Part shown: positions 48,998 through 58,891 of the stretch, piece by piece
Layout of the letters: every line of letters starts with the position of its first letter
Numbering within the stretch: position 1 is the first letter of the stretch
Assembly (NCBI GenBank): GCA_041653675.1
Contig: JBAZEY010000001.1
Location: forward strand, 64,098 to 128,097
DNA: 64,000 bases
Origin: Patescibacteria group bacterium
GTDB taxonomy: Bacteria; Patescibacteriota; Patescibacteriia; XYB2-FULL-38-15
Reading direction: 5' to 3'
Notes under the pieces: model-generated
What the model was told of the DNA's origin: nothing
Databases searched by the model: none
Seen by the model: the letters and a program-made list of their open reading frames with translations, nothing else
Translations under genes and position numbers: made by a program

Positions 48998-50488
48998 ATG
49001 CCTTTTTTTAAAATAAAGAAATTGGATTTTAAGACCGGTGGAAGATGGATTGTAGTTTTACGTGAAAAGGAAGCGCAGGCCTACGGTATCAGAATGGGCG
49101 ATAAGTTGAAATTAAAATGGGATGGCAAGGAAACCGTAGTGACGGCTAATTATACTACTTCTAAGGTTGGCGAGGGCGAAGTGGGCCTTTTTAAAGAGAT
49201 TTGGCAAGGGCGCGCTTTTCGGCCTGGCGAAATGTCTGAACTTACTCTTCTTGAACGGCCGGTTTCTATTGAATCAATCAAGAAAAAACTTTTAGGCGGA
49301 GAATTGAATTATAAGGAAATGCACGCGGTCGTAAAAGACATTGCGGATTATGTTTTGGGTGATCTGGAAATAACTTATTTTGTCGCTTCGGGTTTTGCCA
49401 GAAAATTTTCTAATCGTGAGCTTTACTATCTTACGAAATCTATCGCGGAAACTGGTGATACACTTCGTTTGCCTGGCGCGGTAGTAGATAAGCATTCGGT
49501 CGGCGGTTTGCCGGGAAATAGAACAACAATGCTTGTGATTCCAATTATCGCGAGCTTGGGTTTTAAAATTCCGAAGACTTCTTCGCGAGCCATTACTTCG
49601 GCCGCGGGTACGGCTGACACAATGGAAGTTTTGGCGCCAGTAACTTTCCCAATGAAAAAAATAAAAGAGATTGTCAGAAAAACCGGCGCTTGCATTGCTT
49701 GGGGAGGGGGAACGCGCATTGCTCCGGCCGATGATCGGATTATCAGAGTTTCTTATCCGCTGTCTCTCGAGCCGTATACAAAAATGATTGTTTCCGTGCT
49801 GGCGAAAAAAGTAGCCATGGGAATAAAATATTTAGTGATTGATCTGCCGGTTGGCCCGACTGCTAAAATTCATCGCGTCGCTGACGCAAAAAAAATTGAA
49901 CGGATAATGAAATATCTGGCTAAACGATTTGGCATAAAAATAAAAGTGGACACGAGCGAGGCCCTAAAACCGATCGGCCGAGGCGTTGGCCCGTCCCTTG
50001 AGGCGCGAGATGTTTTGCGCGTGCTCCAAAGAAAAGAACATCGGCCGCTTGATTTGGAAGAAAAATCCTTGGAGCTTGCCGGTGAACTTTTGGATTTAGT
50101 TGGATTTTCTAAAAAAGGAGACGGCTATGATCGGGCGATGGAGGCTCTCCGAAGCGGCAAGGCCTGGAAAAAAATGCAGGAAATTATTCGGGCGCAAGGC
50201 GGAAGAGCAAATATTGACTCAGAAGAAGTTGTTTTAAGCGATAAAATTTTAAAAGTTAAGGCAAAAACTGCCGGCCAGATAGCAAGTTTTGATAATAAAG
50301 CTATTGTCGCCATTTGCCGAATTTTGGGGGCGCCCACTTGCAAAATTGCGGGAATCTACTTAAATAAGGTGATGGGCGACCGGGTAAGAAGGGGAGATGT
50401 GCTCTTTACGATGTACGCAGAAAGTAAGGATAGGCTTGATTTAGCGGAAAAGGCGTTAGAAAAGAATGAGGTTTTAAAGATAAAATAA
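48998..50488 (+). CDS. AMP phosphorylase (archaeal-type thymidine phosphorylase family)
   Basis: Extra N-terminal beta domain; DKHSVGGLPGN, KTSSRAITSAAGTAD, PIGRGVGP.LEA. Confidence 0.88.
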   Translation: MPFFKIKKLDFKTGGRWIVVLREKEAQAYGIRMGDKLKLKWDGKETVVTANYTTSKVGEGEVGLFKEIWQGRAFRPGEMSELTLLERPVSIESIKKKLLGGELNYKEMHAVVKDIADYVLGDLEITYFVASGFARKFSNRELYYLTKSIAETGDTLRLPGAVVDKHSVGGLPGNRTTMLVIPIIASLGFKIPKTSSRAITSAAGTADTMEVLAPVTFPMKKIKEIVRKTGACIAWGGGTRIAPADDRIIRVSYPLSLEPYTKMIVSVLAKKVAMGIKYLVIDLPVGPTAKIHRVADAKKIERIMKYLAKRFGIKIKVDTSEALKPIGRGVGPSLEARDVLRVLQRKEHRPLDLEEKSLELAGELLDLVGFSKKGDGYDRAMEALRSGKAWKKMQEIIRAQGGRANIDSEEVVLSDKILKVKAKTAGQIASFDNKAIVAICRILGAPTCKIAGIYLNKVMGDRVRRGDVLFTMYAESKDRLDLAEKALEKNEVLKIK

Positions 50489-50507
50489 AAGGTTACAATA
50501 ATCATTT

Positions 50508-51218
50508 ATGAGTATATTTAAAAAAATATTTAAAGGGAATACGCTGTATTATCCGGGATGTCTTTCTAAGTTTGTGGCGAAAGAGTTGGTGGAAAATTAT
50601 CGTCGGATTTTGCGCGAAGCCGGAGTTGATTTTATCGAACTTTCGGATCTTGAAGTTTGTTGCGGTTCGCCAGCGCTTAAGGCTGGCTATGGTGATGATT
50701 TTAAAAAATTGGCGGAAAAGAATTTACAAGTTTTTAAAGATCATTCGGTTGGTCGAATTGTCACGCATTGCCCGGCGTGTTTTATGATTTTTAAAAAAGA
50801 ATATCCAAAAGTTTTGGGTGACAAGTGGGACATTGTAGTCGAACACGCGACAGAAGTGTTAAATAAAAAAATTAAAAAGTTGGAAAGCCGTAAGGGTGAT
50901 GTAACATATCATGATCCATGTCATCTTGGCCGGCAGATGGGAGTTTATGAGCCGCCGCGGGAAATTATAAAATCTTTAGGCTACGAAATTAAAGAAATGG
51001 ATTTAGTTGGCAAAGAAAGTTTTTGTTGTGGCGGAGGCGGGGGAGTCCAGTCCAATGAATCGGAGCTAGCGGATAAAATCGCGAAAGACAGAATTGCTAT
51101 GGCGAAGAAAACCGGCGCGAAAATTTTAGTTACGCCTTGTCCGCTTTGTTATATGCACTTAAAGAAAAACGCCGAGGGAGAAGATATAGATGTTAAAGAA
51201 CTGTCGCATTTAATGTAA
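50508..51218 (+). CDS. CCG-domain Fe-S protein (LutA/GlpC-like)
   Basis: YPGC, CCG, CPAC, YHDPCHLGR, CCGGGGG, PCPLC. Confidence 0.88.
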   Translation: MSIFKKIFKGNTLYYPGCLSKFVAKELVENYRRILREAGVDFIELSDLEVCCGSPALKAGYGDDFKKLAEKNLQVFKDHSVGRIVTHCPACFMIFKKEYPKVLGDKWDIVVEHATEVLNKKIKKLESRKGDVTYHDPCHLGRQMGVYEPPREIIKSLGYEIKEMDLVGKESFCCGGGGGVQSNESELADKIAKDRIAMAKKTGAKILVTPCPLCYMHLKKNAEGEDIDVKELSHLM

Positions 51219-51220
51219 AT

Positions 51221-52477
51221 ATGCAAAAAGAATTTTTACCGAAAGAAACAAAAGAAAATATTTGGAAAGTAGTTTTTGAGTATAAAGCCAAGCGGGAAAA
51301 AACTTTGGCTAATTTAGGTTTGGATCCGGAAAAATTCCGTAACGAATTTAGAAAGATGAAAGAGGATTCTTTTCGCGATATGGAAAATTTGCGAAAGACA
51401 GCCATCGTTAATTTAGAAAAAAACGGGATTAAAGTTTTTGAGGCGAAGAATATTGCCGAGGCACAGAAAATTTTAAAAGATTTAACCGCAAGTGAGGAAG
51501 TGATTATAAAATCCAAAACTTCCGCTGCCGATGAAATAGAAATTGATAAAATTTTGGGCGACAAACTCGTGAGTACCGACCTGGGAGATTTTATTATGAG
51601 CATTGCCGGGGCGCGCGACATGCATCCGGTTTTTCCGTCATATCATTTATCGCCAAAACAGATCTCAGAAATTATTAAACAAAAATTTGGTGAAGATGTC
51701 CCAGCTGACGCCAAAAGCATTGCCGCTTTCGCGAGAAAATATTTGAGAAAAAAAATGGCCGAGGCAGGAGCGGGAATTACGGGCGCGAATGTTATTACTG
51801 CCGACGGCCGGATTGTGGTTTTGGAAAATGAAGGAAATATTTCTTTGGTTTCCCGCCTGCCGGATAAACATATTATAATTTCCGGCTGGGAAAAAATCGT
51901 GCCGACCGTGGAAGATGCCATGAAAGTCGTCCGGGCCGCCTCCGTTTGGGGTACGGGTCAGGACTGGCCGGTTTATGTTTCCATAATTTCCGGGCCGTCT
52001 AAAACCGCCGATATTCAAAATGAACTTGTGGTTGGAGCACAGGGCGCGAAAGAAGTTTATTTGATTTTATTGGATAATGGCCGTAGTCAAATGTTAAAAG
52101 ACGGATTTGAAGAACTTTTATATTGTATTAATTGCGGCGCGTGTTTGAATTTTTGTCCGGCCTATCACCAGTTAGGCACAAAATACGGCGATAAATATTT
52201 GGGAAGCAAAGGAATTATTTTGTCGGCGTTTATGGCGGAACTTTTACGCGCTAAAGAATCAGGCTGTTATTCTTGTACTTTATGCTCCGCTTGCCTGGAA
52301 AATTGTCCGGCAAAAATTGATTTGCCTGGGATGATGAAAAAAATTCGCGGCAAATTAAACGCGGAGAATTTAGAAACAGATGAAAATAAAAAAATGATTG
52401 GAAATACTAGAAAGTTTGGCAATCCGTTCGGCGAAATAGGAGATGATGGCACGCCAAAAGAACTTTATTGCTGCTAA
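51221..52477 (+). CDS. LUD-domain / 4Fe-4S protein (LutB-like)
   Basis: KSKT, TDLGDFI, GITGAN, ENEGN, GPSKTADI, CINCGACLNFCP, CTLCSACLENCP. Confidence 0.88.
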   Translation: MQKEFLPKETKENIWKVVFEYKAKREKTLANLGLDPEKFRNEFRKMKEDSFRDMENLRKTAIVNLEKNGIKVFEAKNIAEAQKILKDLTASEEVIIKSKTSAADEIEIDKILGDKLVSTDLGDFIMSIAGARDMHPVFPSYHLSPKQISEIIKQKFGEDVPADAKSIAAFARKYLRKKMAEAGAGITGANVITADGRIVVLENEGNISLVSRLPDKHIIISGWEKIVPTVEDAMKVVRAASVWGTGQDWPVYVSIISGPSKTADIQNELVVGAQGAKEVYLILLDNGRSQMLKDGFEELLYCINCGACLNFCPAYHQLGTKYGDKYLGSKGIILSAFMAELLRAKESGCYSCTLCSACLENCPAKIDLPGMMKKIRGKLNAENLETDENKKMIGNTRKFGNPFGEIGDDGTPKELYCC

Positions 52478-52487
52478 AAATTTGGAT

Positions 52488-52523
52488 AAAAAATCAGGGC
52501 GGTATGAACGCTCTGATTTTTAT
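52488..52523. terminator. Bidirectional intrinsic terminator
   Basis: aaaaaatcagggcg-gtatgaa-cgctctgattttt between convergent genes. Confidence 0.75.
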
Positions 52524-52531
52524 TTATACTT

Positions 52532-55066
52532 TTATGCCAAGGATTTTTGATTATGGTTTGAAAAACGAAAATAGATTAATTTAACAATTTCCGTAATGGC
52601 GAAATAACAAATAACAACGCCAAAAATAATCAAGAAATGGCTAGGCTTGGGCTTTACGAAGTTAAATATTTTTTGTCCGAACGAAGTAAGCGGAAGAGTG
52701 ATGGTAATCGCGATTGTCAAAACCGCAAGACCAATCAAGAATGATGAAGCGCGTTTGGCCGAGAGAAAAAAGAATTTTGTCCGGACGGAAAAAATTAGAA
52801 TAATTTCCGTAAGGACGCTGCCGATAAACCAATTTGTTTGGAGTACGCCAGGCGAAATGCGGTAGAATAATCCAAAGAAAATGAAATCAAAGATAGTGCT
52901 TACTACGCCCAAGATTGTTGCCAGTAAAACAATTTCTTTGATGTTATAGCTTTTTGGTTTTTTTAATTCATCTTGATCGACCGTGTCCGTCGCGATAGAA
53001 ATCATGGGAAAATCGGAAAGCAAATTTAGAAGAAGAATTTGAATCGGCAGCATGGGCAAGAAGTCGATCAAAAGCGATGCCGTGGCTACGGCAAAAAAAT
53101 TGCCGAAATTGGAGGATAAAGTCACTTTAATATACTTTGAAATATTGGCGAAAATTTTTCGGCCCTCTCTGATTCCTTCAATAATTACCGATAAGCTCTT
53201 TTTTAGGAGAATAACGTCGGCGGCGTCTCTCGCGATATCGGCTCCGCTTTGGACAACAATGGCGACATTCGCAATTTTCAACGCCGGAGCATCATTAATT
53301 CCTTCACCCAAAAAACCAACTTCATTTTTTTCTTGCAATAATTTGATAATGTTATATTTTTGTTCCGGAGAAACGCGGGCGAAAACAAAGAAACGTTCTG
53401 CGGCGCTGTGTTTTTCCTCAATTGTCAACGCGTCAAATTCTTCACCAGTAATTACTTCGTTAGGAGAATTAATCAGATCTATTTTGTAGGCTACGGCCCC
53501 GGCTACTTCTCGGCTGTCGCCGGTCAAAATTTTTATTTTTACTCCTAATTTTTTAGCTTCTACGATTGTATGAGCTGCGGTTTTTTTAATCGGATCTACA
53601 AAAGAAATGATACCAAAAAATTCCAGATTGTTTTCCTCTTTTTCCAAATCAGAATTATTTTTGGCGGATATTTTTTTTCGCGCTATGGCCAGAACCCGAT
53701 GACCGTGCGCTCCTTCCGCGGCCATCCAAATTTTTAGTGAATTTTTCAGAGACTCGTCTAGTTTTGGACAGAACTTAAAAATAATTTCGGGCGCGCCGCG
53801 TACGATAAGTTCCGCGCCGTTTTTGGTTTGAACAAGAACGCTGTTACGCCGCCGCTCGGGGCTAAAGGGAATTTCCGCCAGATGTTTATATTGGTTTATT
53901 TCTTCACGGACGGCCGGAGAAAGTTTTTCCCAAAGGGCGACATCAAAAGCGTCTGTTGGTTTTTTTTCTTTAGTATCTAAAAACGAAGAAGCCATGGCGG
54001 CAAAGAAGAGGCAGGCTTCTTCGCTATCAGATTTTATTTTTTCCACGGTGAGTTTATTTTCGGTCAGAGTGCCGGTTTTATCAGTACAGAGAACCTCAAG
54101 ACTACCCAAATCTTCAATCGCTGAAAGCCTCTTAACAATCACTTTACTTTTTGCGAGACGCAAGGCACCGCGGGAAAGGGAGATCGTCGTGACGGCCGGT
54201 AATGGTTCAGGAATAACGCTGATAGCGAGAGCGATAGAAAATATAATTAGTTCGGGGATATTGGCTTTGTCTCCGCGGACAATAATATTAGCTAAAAATA
54301 CAAGAACAATAGTAATTAAAATCAGACGTAAAATAAATTTGCTGAAACCAAAGATTCCTTTTTCAAAACTGCTTACGCGTTTTGTTTCCGCTGTCAATTT
54401 AGCAATCCCGCCCAGACCCGTATTTTTTCCGGTGGCGATAACAACACCCAGTCCTTTTCCGGCAACCACTGTTGTGCCGGAAAAACCCAAATTTTCCGCT
54501 TTATAAAAATCTTGGGCCGGTTTTTCCATGGCAACAGAAATTTTATGGACCGGAACGGATTCCCCAGTCAAAATCTCCTCATCAACCATTAAATTATTTT
54601 CTTCAAGAAAACGGACGTCGGCGGGAATTTTATCGCCGGCTTCCACAATAACAAAATCGCCGGGAACGAGGTTTTGACTTTCAATAGTCAATTCTTCATT
54701 CGCTCGGCGAACTTTAGCGTGAGATAATATGTATTTTTTAAGAAGTTTTAAATTTTTTTCAGAATGATATTCTTGGAAAAAGCTAAGCGTTGCGTTTAGC
54801 GCCACAAAGACCAAAATCATTATTGCTTCAGTCAGCTCGCCAAAAAAAGAAGAAATCAGCGCCGCGGCAAAAAGAATGTAAATAAAAGGAGATTTCAATT
54901 GGCGAAAAAATATCTGCCACCAGTGGGTTTCCTTAGCTTCAATTTCATTTTTGCCGTATTTGCCAAGGCGAAGGGTTGCTTCCTCAAGGCCGAGACCCGT
55001 TGAAGTTACCCCGAACTCATTAAAAATTTCCTCGGCGGTTTTGGTAGTGTATGAGGAAAAATTCAT
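52532..55066 (-). CDS. P-type cation ATPase (MgtA-like)
   Basis: LTGES, PE.LP, DKTGTLT, LTGD, FARVSPEQK, GEGINDAPAL, SSNFGN; ATG at 55066. Confidence 0.9.
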   Translation of the reverse strand: MNFSSYTTKTAEEIFNEFGVTSTGLGLEEATLRLGKYGKNEIEAKETHWWQIFFRQLKSPFIYILFAAALISSFFGELTEAIMILVFVALNATLSFFQEYHSEKNLKLLKKYILSHAKVRRANEELTIESQNLVPGDFVIVEAGDKIPADVRFLEENNLMVDEEILTGESVPVHKISVAMEKPAQDFYKAENLGFSGTTVVAGKGLGVVIATGKNTGLGGIAKLTAETKRVSSFEKGIFGFSKFILRLILITIVLVFLANIIVRGDKANIPELIIFSIALAISVIPEPLPAVTTISLSRGALRLAKSKVIVKRLSAIEDLGSLEVLCTDKTGTLTENKLTVEKIKSDSEEACLFFAAMASSFLDTKEKKPTDAFDVALWEKLSPAVREEINQYKHLAEIPFSPERRRNSVLVQTKNGAELIVRGAPEIIFKFCPKLDESLKNSLKIWMAAEGAHGHRVLAIARKKISAKNNSDLEKEENNLEFFGIISFVDPIKKTAAHTIVEAKKLGVKIKILTGDSREVAGAVAYKIDLINSPNEVITGEEFDALTIEEKHSAAERFFVFARVSPEQKYNIIKLLQEKNEVGFLGEGINDAPALKIANVAIVVQSGADIARDAADVILLKKSLSVIIEGIREGRKIFANISKYIKVTLSSNFGNFFAVATASLLIDFLPMLPIQILLLNLLSDFPMISIATDTVDQDELKKPKSYNIKEIVLLATILGVVSTIFDFIFFGLFYRISPGVLQTNWFIGSVLTEIILIFSVRTKFFFLSAKRASSFLIGLAVLTIAITITLPLTSFGQKIFNFVKPKPSHFLIIFGVVICYFAITEIVKLIYFRFSNHNQKSLA

Positions 55067-55090
55067 TTTAGTGTTTTTATGGAAAAATTC

Positions 55091-55167
55091 TGGTCGGGGT
55101 GGAGGGATTCGCACCCTCGATCTCACGGTCCCGAACCGTGCGCCTTAGACTACTGGGCCACACCCCG
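55091..55167 (-). tRNA. tRNA-Pro(CGG)
   Basis: Reverse complement: cggggtg/caccccg acceptor; cacgg-ttCGGga-ccgtg; encoded CCA. Confidence 0.93.
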
Positions 55168-55290
55168 TAGTAGAACTTCGACTTGAAATAATACTACACT
55201 ATTTTTTCAATTTTTGACTATGCACCATAGCGAATCATTGACGGATATTTTTGTTCGCCGCGAGCGAACCGTCGAAGTTTCACTACGGGG
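55163..55290. mobile_element. MITE-like element copy 1 (128 bp)
   Basis: 20-bp imperfect TIR ccccgtagtagaacttcgac / gtcgaagtttcactacgggg; flanking duplication caca(c). Confidence 0.7.
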
Positions 55291-55428
55291 CACACCCCGT
55301 TAGAAATAAAAGACCGCAAAAGGTCTTAAAATTATTATACAAGATAATCTTTTTTTCGTAAACCCTAAAAGTTAGCCCCTTCACTAAAAGCAGAAAAAGG
55401 ATTAAAATATATATACTCAAATAATTTT

Positions 55429-56691
55429 ATGCAAGACCTCTTCGACGGAAAATTAAATAAAGACTTGGCAAAAAACGCGCCGCTCGCGGATCGTTTGCGG
55501 CCGGAAACGCTTGATGAATTTGAAGGCCAGGAAGAATTGATCGGCCAGGGAAAAATGCTCCGTAATTTGATTCAAAATGATGAAATTCCTTCCATGATTT
55601 TTTGGGGGCCGCCGGGATCAGGGAAAACAACTCTGGCGCGGATTATTGCCAAAATGACCAAGTCGGAATTTATCCAGATGTCAGCGACGGCTTCCGGCCT
55701 CGCGGATTTGCGAAAAATTGTTTCCGCGGCACAAAGCGGACGAAAGTTTAATAATCGCCGGACGATTTTATTTATTGATGAAATTCATCGCTGGAATAAA
55801 TCCCAACAAGATTCGCTTTTGCCGTACGTGGAAAACGGAACAATTACTCTAATCGGCGCGACTACGGAAAATCCGTCATTTGAAGTTAATTCCGCTCTTC
55901 TATCCCGCTCGCGGGTTTTTGTTTTGAAATCCTTAACCGCGGAAAATATTAAAAATATTTTAAAGCGGGCGATTTCCGACAAAGTTCGCGGTTACGGCGC
56001 GCTTGACGTGCAAATTCTTGACAAGACACTTGACTATCTCTCAGGAGTGGCGAACGGCGACGCGCGGATTGCCTTGAATGCTCTAGAATTTGCGATTAAA
56101 GCCTCTCGAAAAGAAGGCCAAAAAATGATACAATTAAATCAGGAAACAATTCGCGAGGCTTTGCAAAAAACTCATTTGCTTTACGATCGGGCCGGAGAAG
56201 AACATTATAATATTATTTCCGCGCTTCATAAATCAATGCGCGGTTCGGATGCCGATGCCGCTCTTTATTGGCTCGGGAGAATGCTCGAGGCCGGAGAAGA
56301 TCCGCTCTATGTTGCTCGCCGTTTAGTTCGTTTTGCATCGGAGGATATTGGCCTCGCTGACCCGCAAGCGCTCGTGCAGGCGACAACTGGCTACACGGCT
56401 TGCCATTATTTGGGAATGCCAGAGTGTAATGTAATTTTGGCGCAAGTTGTGGCCTATCTCGCTCGCGCCCCGAAATCAAATGAACTTTATACGGCTTACG
56501 GCGAAGTGCAGCGCGACATCCGGGAAACGGAAAATGAGCCCGTCCCGCTGCATCTTCGAAACGCGCCGACGGATTTGATGAAAGATTTGGGCTACGGAAA
56601 AGGATATAAATATAATCCAAATTTTAAAGAGCCGGTGCAGCAAGATTATTTTCCGGAAAAATTAAAAGGAAGAAAATATTTTAAAAAATAA
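55429..56691 (+). CDS. rarA: Replication-associated recombination protein A (MgsA)
   Basis: PLADRLRP, WGPPGSGKT, IDEIHR, GATTENPSF, ISALHKSMRGSD, SEDIGLAD. Confidence 0.95.
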   Translation: MQDLFDGKLNKDLAKNAPLADRLRPETLDEFEGQEELIGQGKMLRNLIQNDEIPSMIFWGPPGSGKTTLARIIAKMTKSEFIQMSATASGLADLRKIVSAAQSGRKFNNRRTILFIDEIHRWNKSQQDSLLPYVENGTITLIGATTENPSFEVNSALLSRSRVFVLKSLTAENIKNILKRAISDKVRGYGALDVQILDKTLDYLSGVANGDARIALNALEFAIKASRKEGQKMIQLNQETIREALQKTHLLYDRAGEEHYNIISALHKSMRGSDADAALYWLGRMLEAGEDPLYVARRLVRFASEDIGLADPQALVQATTGYTACHYLGMPECNVILAQVVAYLARAPKSNELYTAYGEVQRDIRETENEPVPLHLRNAPTDLMKDLGYGKGYKYNPNFKEPVQQDYFPEKLKGRKYFKK

Positions 56692-56701
56692 GTTGACGCA
56701 T

Positions 56702-57031
56702 ATGACTGATGAAAGATGGTTAGACACAATTTCCATACTCAAAGATAAATTTCCCGTTTTGGAAGAAGGAAAGGAAGATTTATTGGAAGAAGAGGGAAGG
56801 GGCTTCCGGGAATTTGTAATTTTCAACGGTCCGCTCGGAAAAATGAAAATTGAACGTACAACCAAGGCCGTTGTCACCGGTAAAAAAACCATTGGCTCAA
56901 AAAGAATGGGCAGCCAAGCCTCGGTTGAATATCTTTATTCTGAAACGGAAAAAAGCCATAAATTTAAAGCTTACAAATGGGATGAAGCGCAAAATGATTG
57001 GATAGAGATTACACTAGAGGGAAGTTTATGA
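56702..57031 (+). CDS. Hypothetical protein
   Basis: ORF whose stop overlaps the PBP start (ATGA). Confidence 0.7.
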   Translation: MTDERWLDTISILKDKFPVLEEGKEDLLEEEGRGFREFVIFNGPLGKMKIERTTKAVVTGKKTIGSKRMGSQASVEYLYSETEKSHKFKAYKWDEAQNDWIEITLEGSL

Positions 57032-58866
57032 GTAGATTCAGAGAGAGAAAAAAATTTAGTGAAAAGGCGAGCGACGGCGACCGTCGCTTAAAGCTTATTA
57101 AGCTGATTATTTTTTTATTCGCGGGGATTATTGCTCTCCGCCTTTTTAGTTTACAAATTTTAAATAATGATTTTTATTCCGCCCTCGCCGCCGGCCAACA
57201 CGAAATTTATAAAGCGATTTTTCCCGAGCGGGGAAGAATTTTGATGCAGGAAGTTGGCGGAAGCAGTGCCACGCAAGACGAAAAATTATATCCCCTGGCC
57301 ACAAACCAATCATTATATCTTGTGTATGTTGATCCTCGTAAAATAAAAAATGCCGAGGAGTTGGCAAAAAAATTAGTTGATATTTTATATGTGAGGGAAG
57401 AAAAAGAGGGAGAAGAATTAACTCCAGAAGAAATTGAAGATATAGAATTTGTTGATAAAAAGAATTTGGAAGAAGAATTTTTGGCCAAATTAAAAAAAGA
57501 AAATGATCCTTACGAACCCTTGCGCCATGGAGTGCCCGAGACAACGGTTACAAAAATTAAAGATTTGCAAGCAGAGGGGATTGGCTATATTGAAGAAGAA
57601 GCGCGTTATTATCCGGAAAATAATTTGGGCAGCCATTTTTTGGGATTTGTTGGAACAAAAGATAATAAAAAAATAGGGCAGTACGGACTCGAGGGTTATT
57701 TTGAAAAAGAGCTGGGCGGGGTTCAGGGATTTCTTTCCTCGGAAAAAGATGTGGCCGGCCGCTGGATTCCGATTTCCGGACGGGAATGGCAAAAAGCCGA
57801 GGATGGCGGGGACATAGTTATCACAATTGATAGAAATATTGAATATTTTGCTTGCGGAAAATTGAAAGAAGCAGTGGAGCGTCATGACGCCGACGGAGGA
57901 ACAGTAATAATTATGGATCCGAAAACCGGAGCGATTCTCGCGATGTGTTCTTACCCAGATTTTAATCCAAACGAATACTCCAAAGTAGAAAATATAAATG
58001 TTTATAATAATCCGGCGATTTTTAATCAGTACGAGCCGGGATCAATTTTTAAAGCCATAACTATTGCCGCGGCGTTGGATGTGGGAAAAATTAGCCCAAC
58101 AACAACTTATGTTGACGAAGGGGAAGTAAAGGTTGATGATAGAACAATTAAAAATTCCGACTTGAAAGCGTATGGCGTGCAAACGATGACGCAAGTTTTG
58201 GAAATGTCATTAAACACCGGCGCGGTTTTTGCCGCGGATACGATTGGTCCGGAAATTTTTAAAAAATACGTCGAAGATTTTGGGTTTGGGACAACAACAG
58301 GGATTGAGTTGGATTTTGAAAATTCGGGCAGTATCAGTTCTTTGGATAAAAAAGGAAAAATTTGGAGCGCGACGGCTTCTTTTGGTCAAGGAATTTCCGT
58401 CACGCCGATTCAGGTTGTAACCGCGTTTTCAGCAATCGCGAACGGCGGGAAACTTATGGAGCCTTACATCGTTGACCGTGTTATAAAAAGTAACGGCGAA
58501 ACAATTAAAACAGAACAAAAAGTTATCCGCCAGGTGATTACGCCAAGAACTTCAACTCTTTTGGGCGGCATGCTTGTTTCTGTGGTAGAAAATGGACACG
58601 GCAAGCGAGCTGGCGTTCCGGGATATTATGTGGCAGGAAAAACCGGTACGGCGCAGGTTGCAAAAAAAGACGGCAGCGGTTATGAAAAAGATATTACTAT
58701 TGGTTCATTTATCGGTTTCGCGCCGGTTGAAGATCCGAGATTTGTTATGTTGACAAAGATAGATCATCCAAGATCAACGATTTGGGCAGAGTCTACGGCC
58801 GCTCCGTTATTTGGCGAAATTGCCAAATTTATGCTAAACTACTTGAAAGTGCCTCCGAGCAGGTAA
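57028..58866 (+). CDS. Class B penicillin-binding protein (FtsI-like)
   Basis: ERGRI, RYYP, GLE, YEPGSIFK (SxxK), SLN (SxN), GKTGTAQ. Confidence 0.92.
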   Translation: MSRFRERKKFSEKASDGDRRLKLIKLIIFLFAGIIALRLFSLQILNNDFYSALAAGQHEIYKAIFPERGRILMQEVGGSSATQDEKLYPLATNQSLYLVYVDPRKIKNAEELAKKLVDILYVREEKEGEELTPEEIEDIEFVDKKNLEEEFLAKLKKENDPYEPLRHGVPETTVTKIKDLQAEGIGYIEEEARYYPENNLGSHFLGFVGTKDNKKIGQYGLEGYFEKELGGVQGFLSSEKDVAGRWIPISGREWQKAEDGGDIVITIDRNIEYFACGKLKEAVERHDADGGTVIIMDPKTGAILAMCSYPDFNPNEYSKVENINVYNNPAIFNQYEPGSIFKAITIAAALDVGKISPTTTYVDEGEVKVDDRTIKNSDLKAYGVQTMTQVLEMSLNTGAVFAADTIGPEIFKKYVEDFGFGTTTGIELDFENSGSISSLDKKGKIWSATASFGQGISVTPIQVVTAFSAIANGGKLMEPYIVDRVIKSNGETIKTEQKVIRQVITPRTSTLLGGMLVSVVENGHGKRAGVPGYYVAGKTGTAQVAKKDGSGYEKDITIGSFIGFAPVEDPRFVMLTKIDHPRSTIWAESTAAPLFGEIAKFMLNYLKVPPSR

Positions 58867-58891
58867 TCTGTGTTTACATATAAATTAATTT

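Noticed and set aside
55067-55126. Longer N-terminus of the P-type ATPase given by the ORF track
   Set aside because: Overlaps tRNA-Pro; ATG at 55066 is more plausible. Upstream extensions at 3638, 4518, 11560, 36914 and 48863 were trimmed for similar reasons
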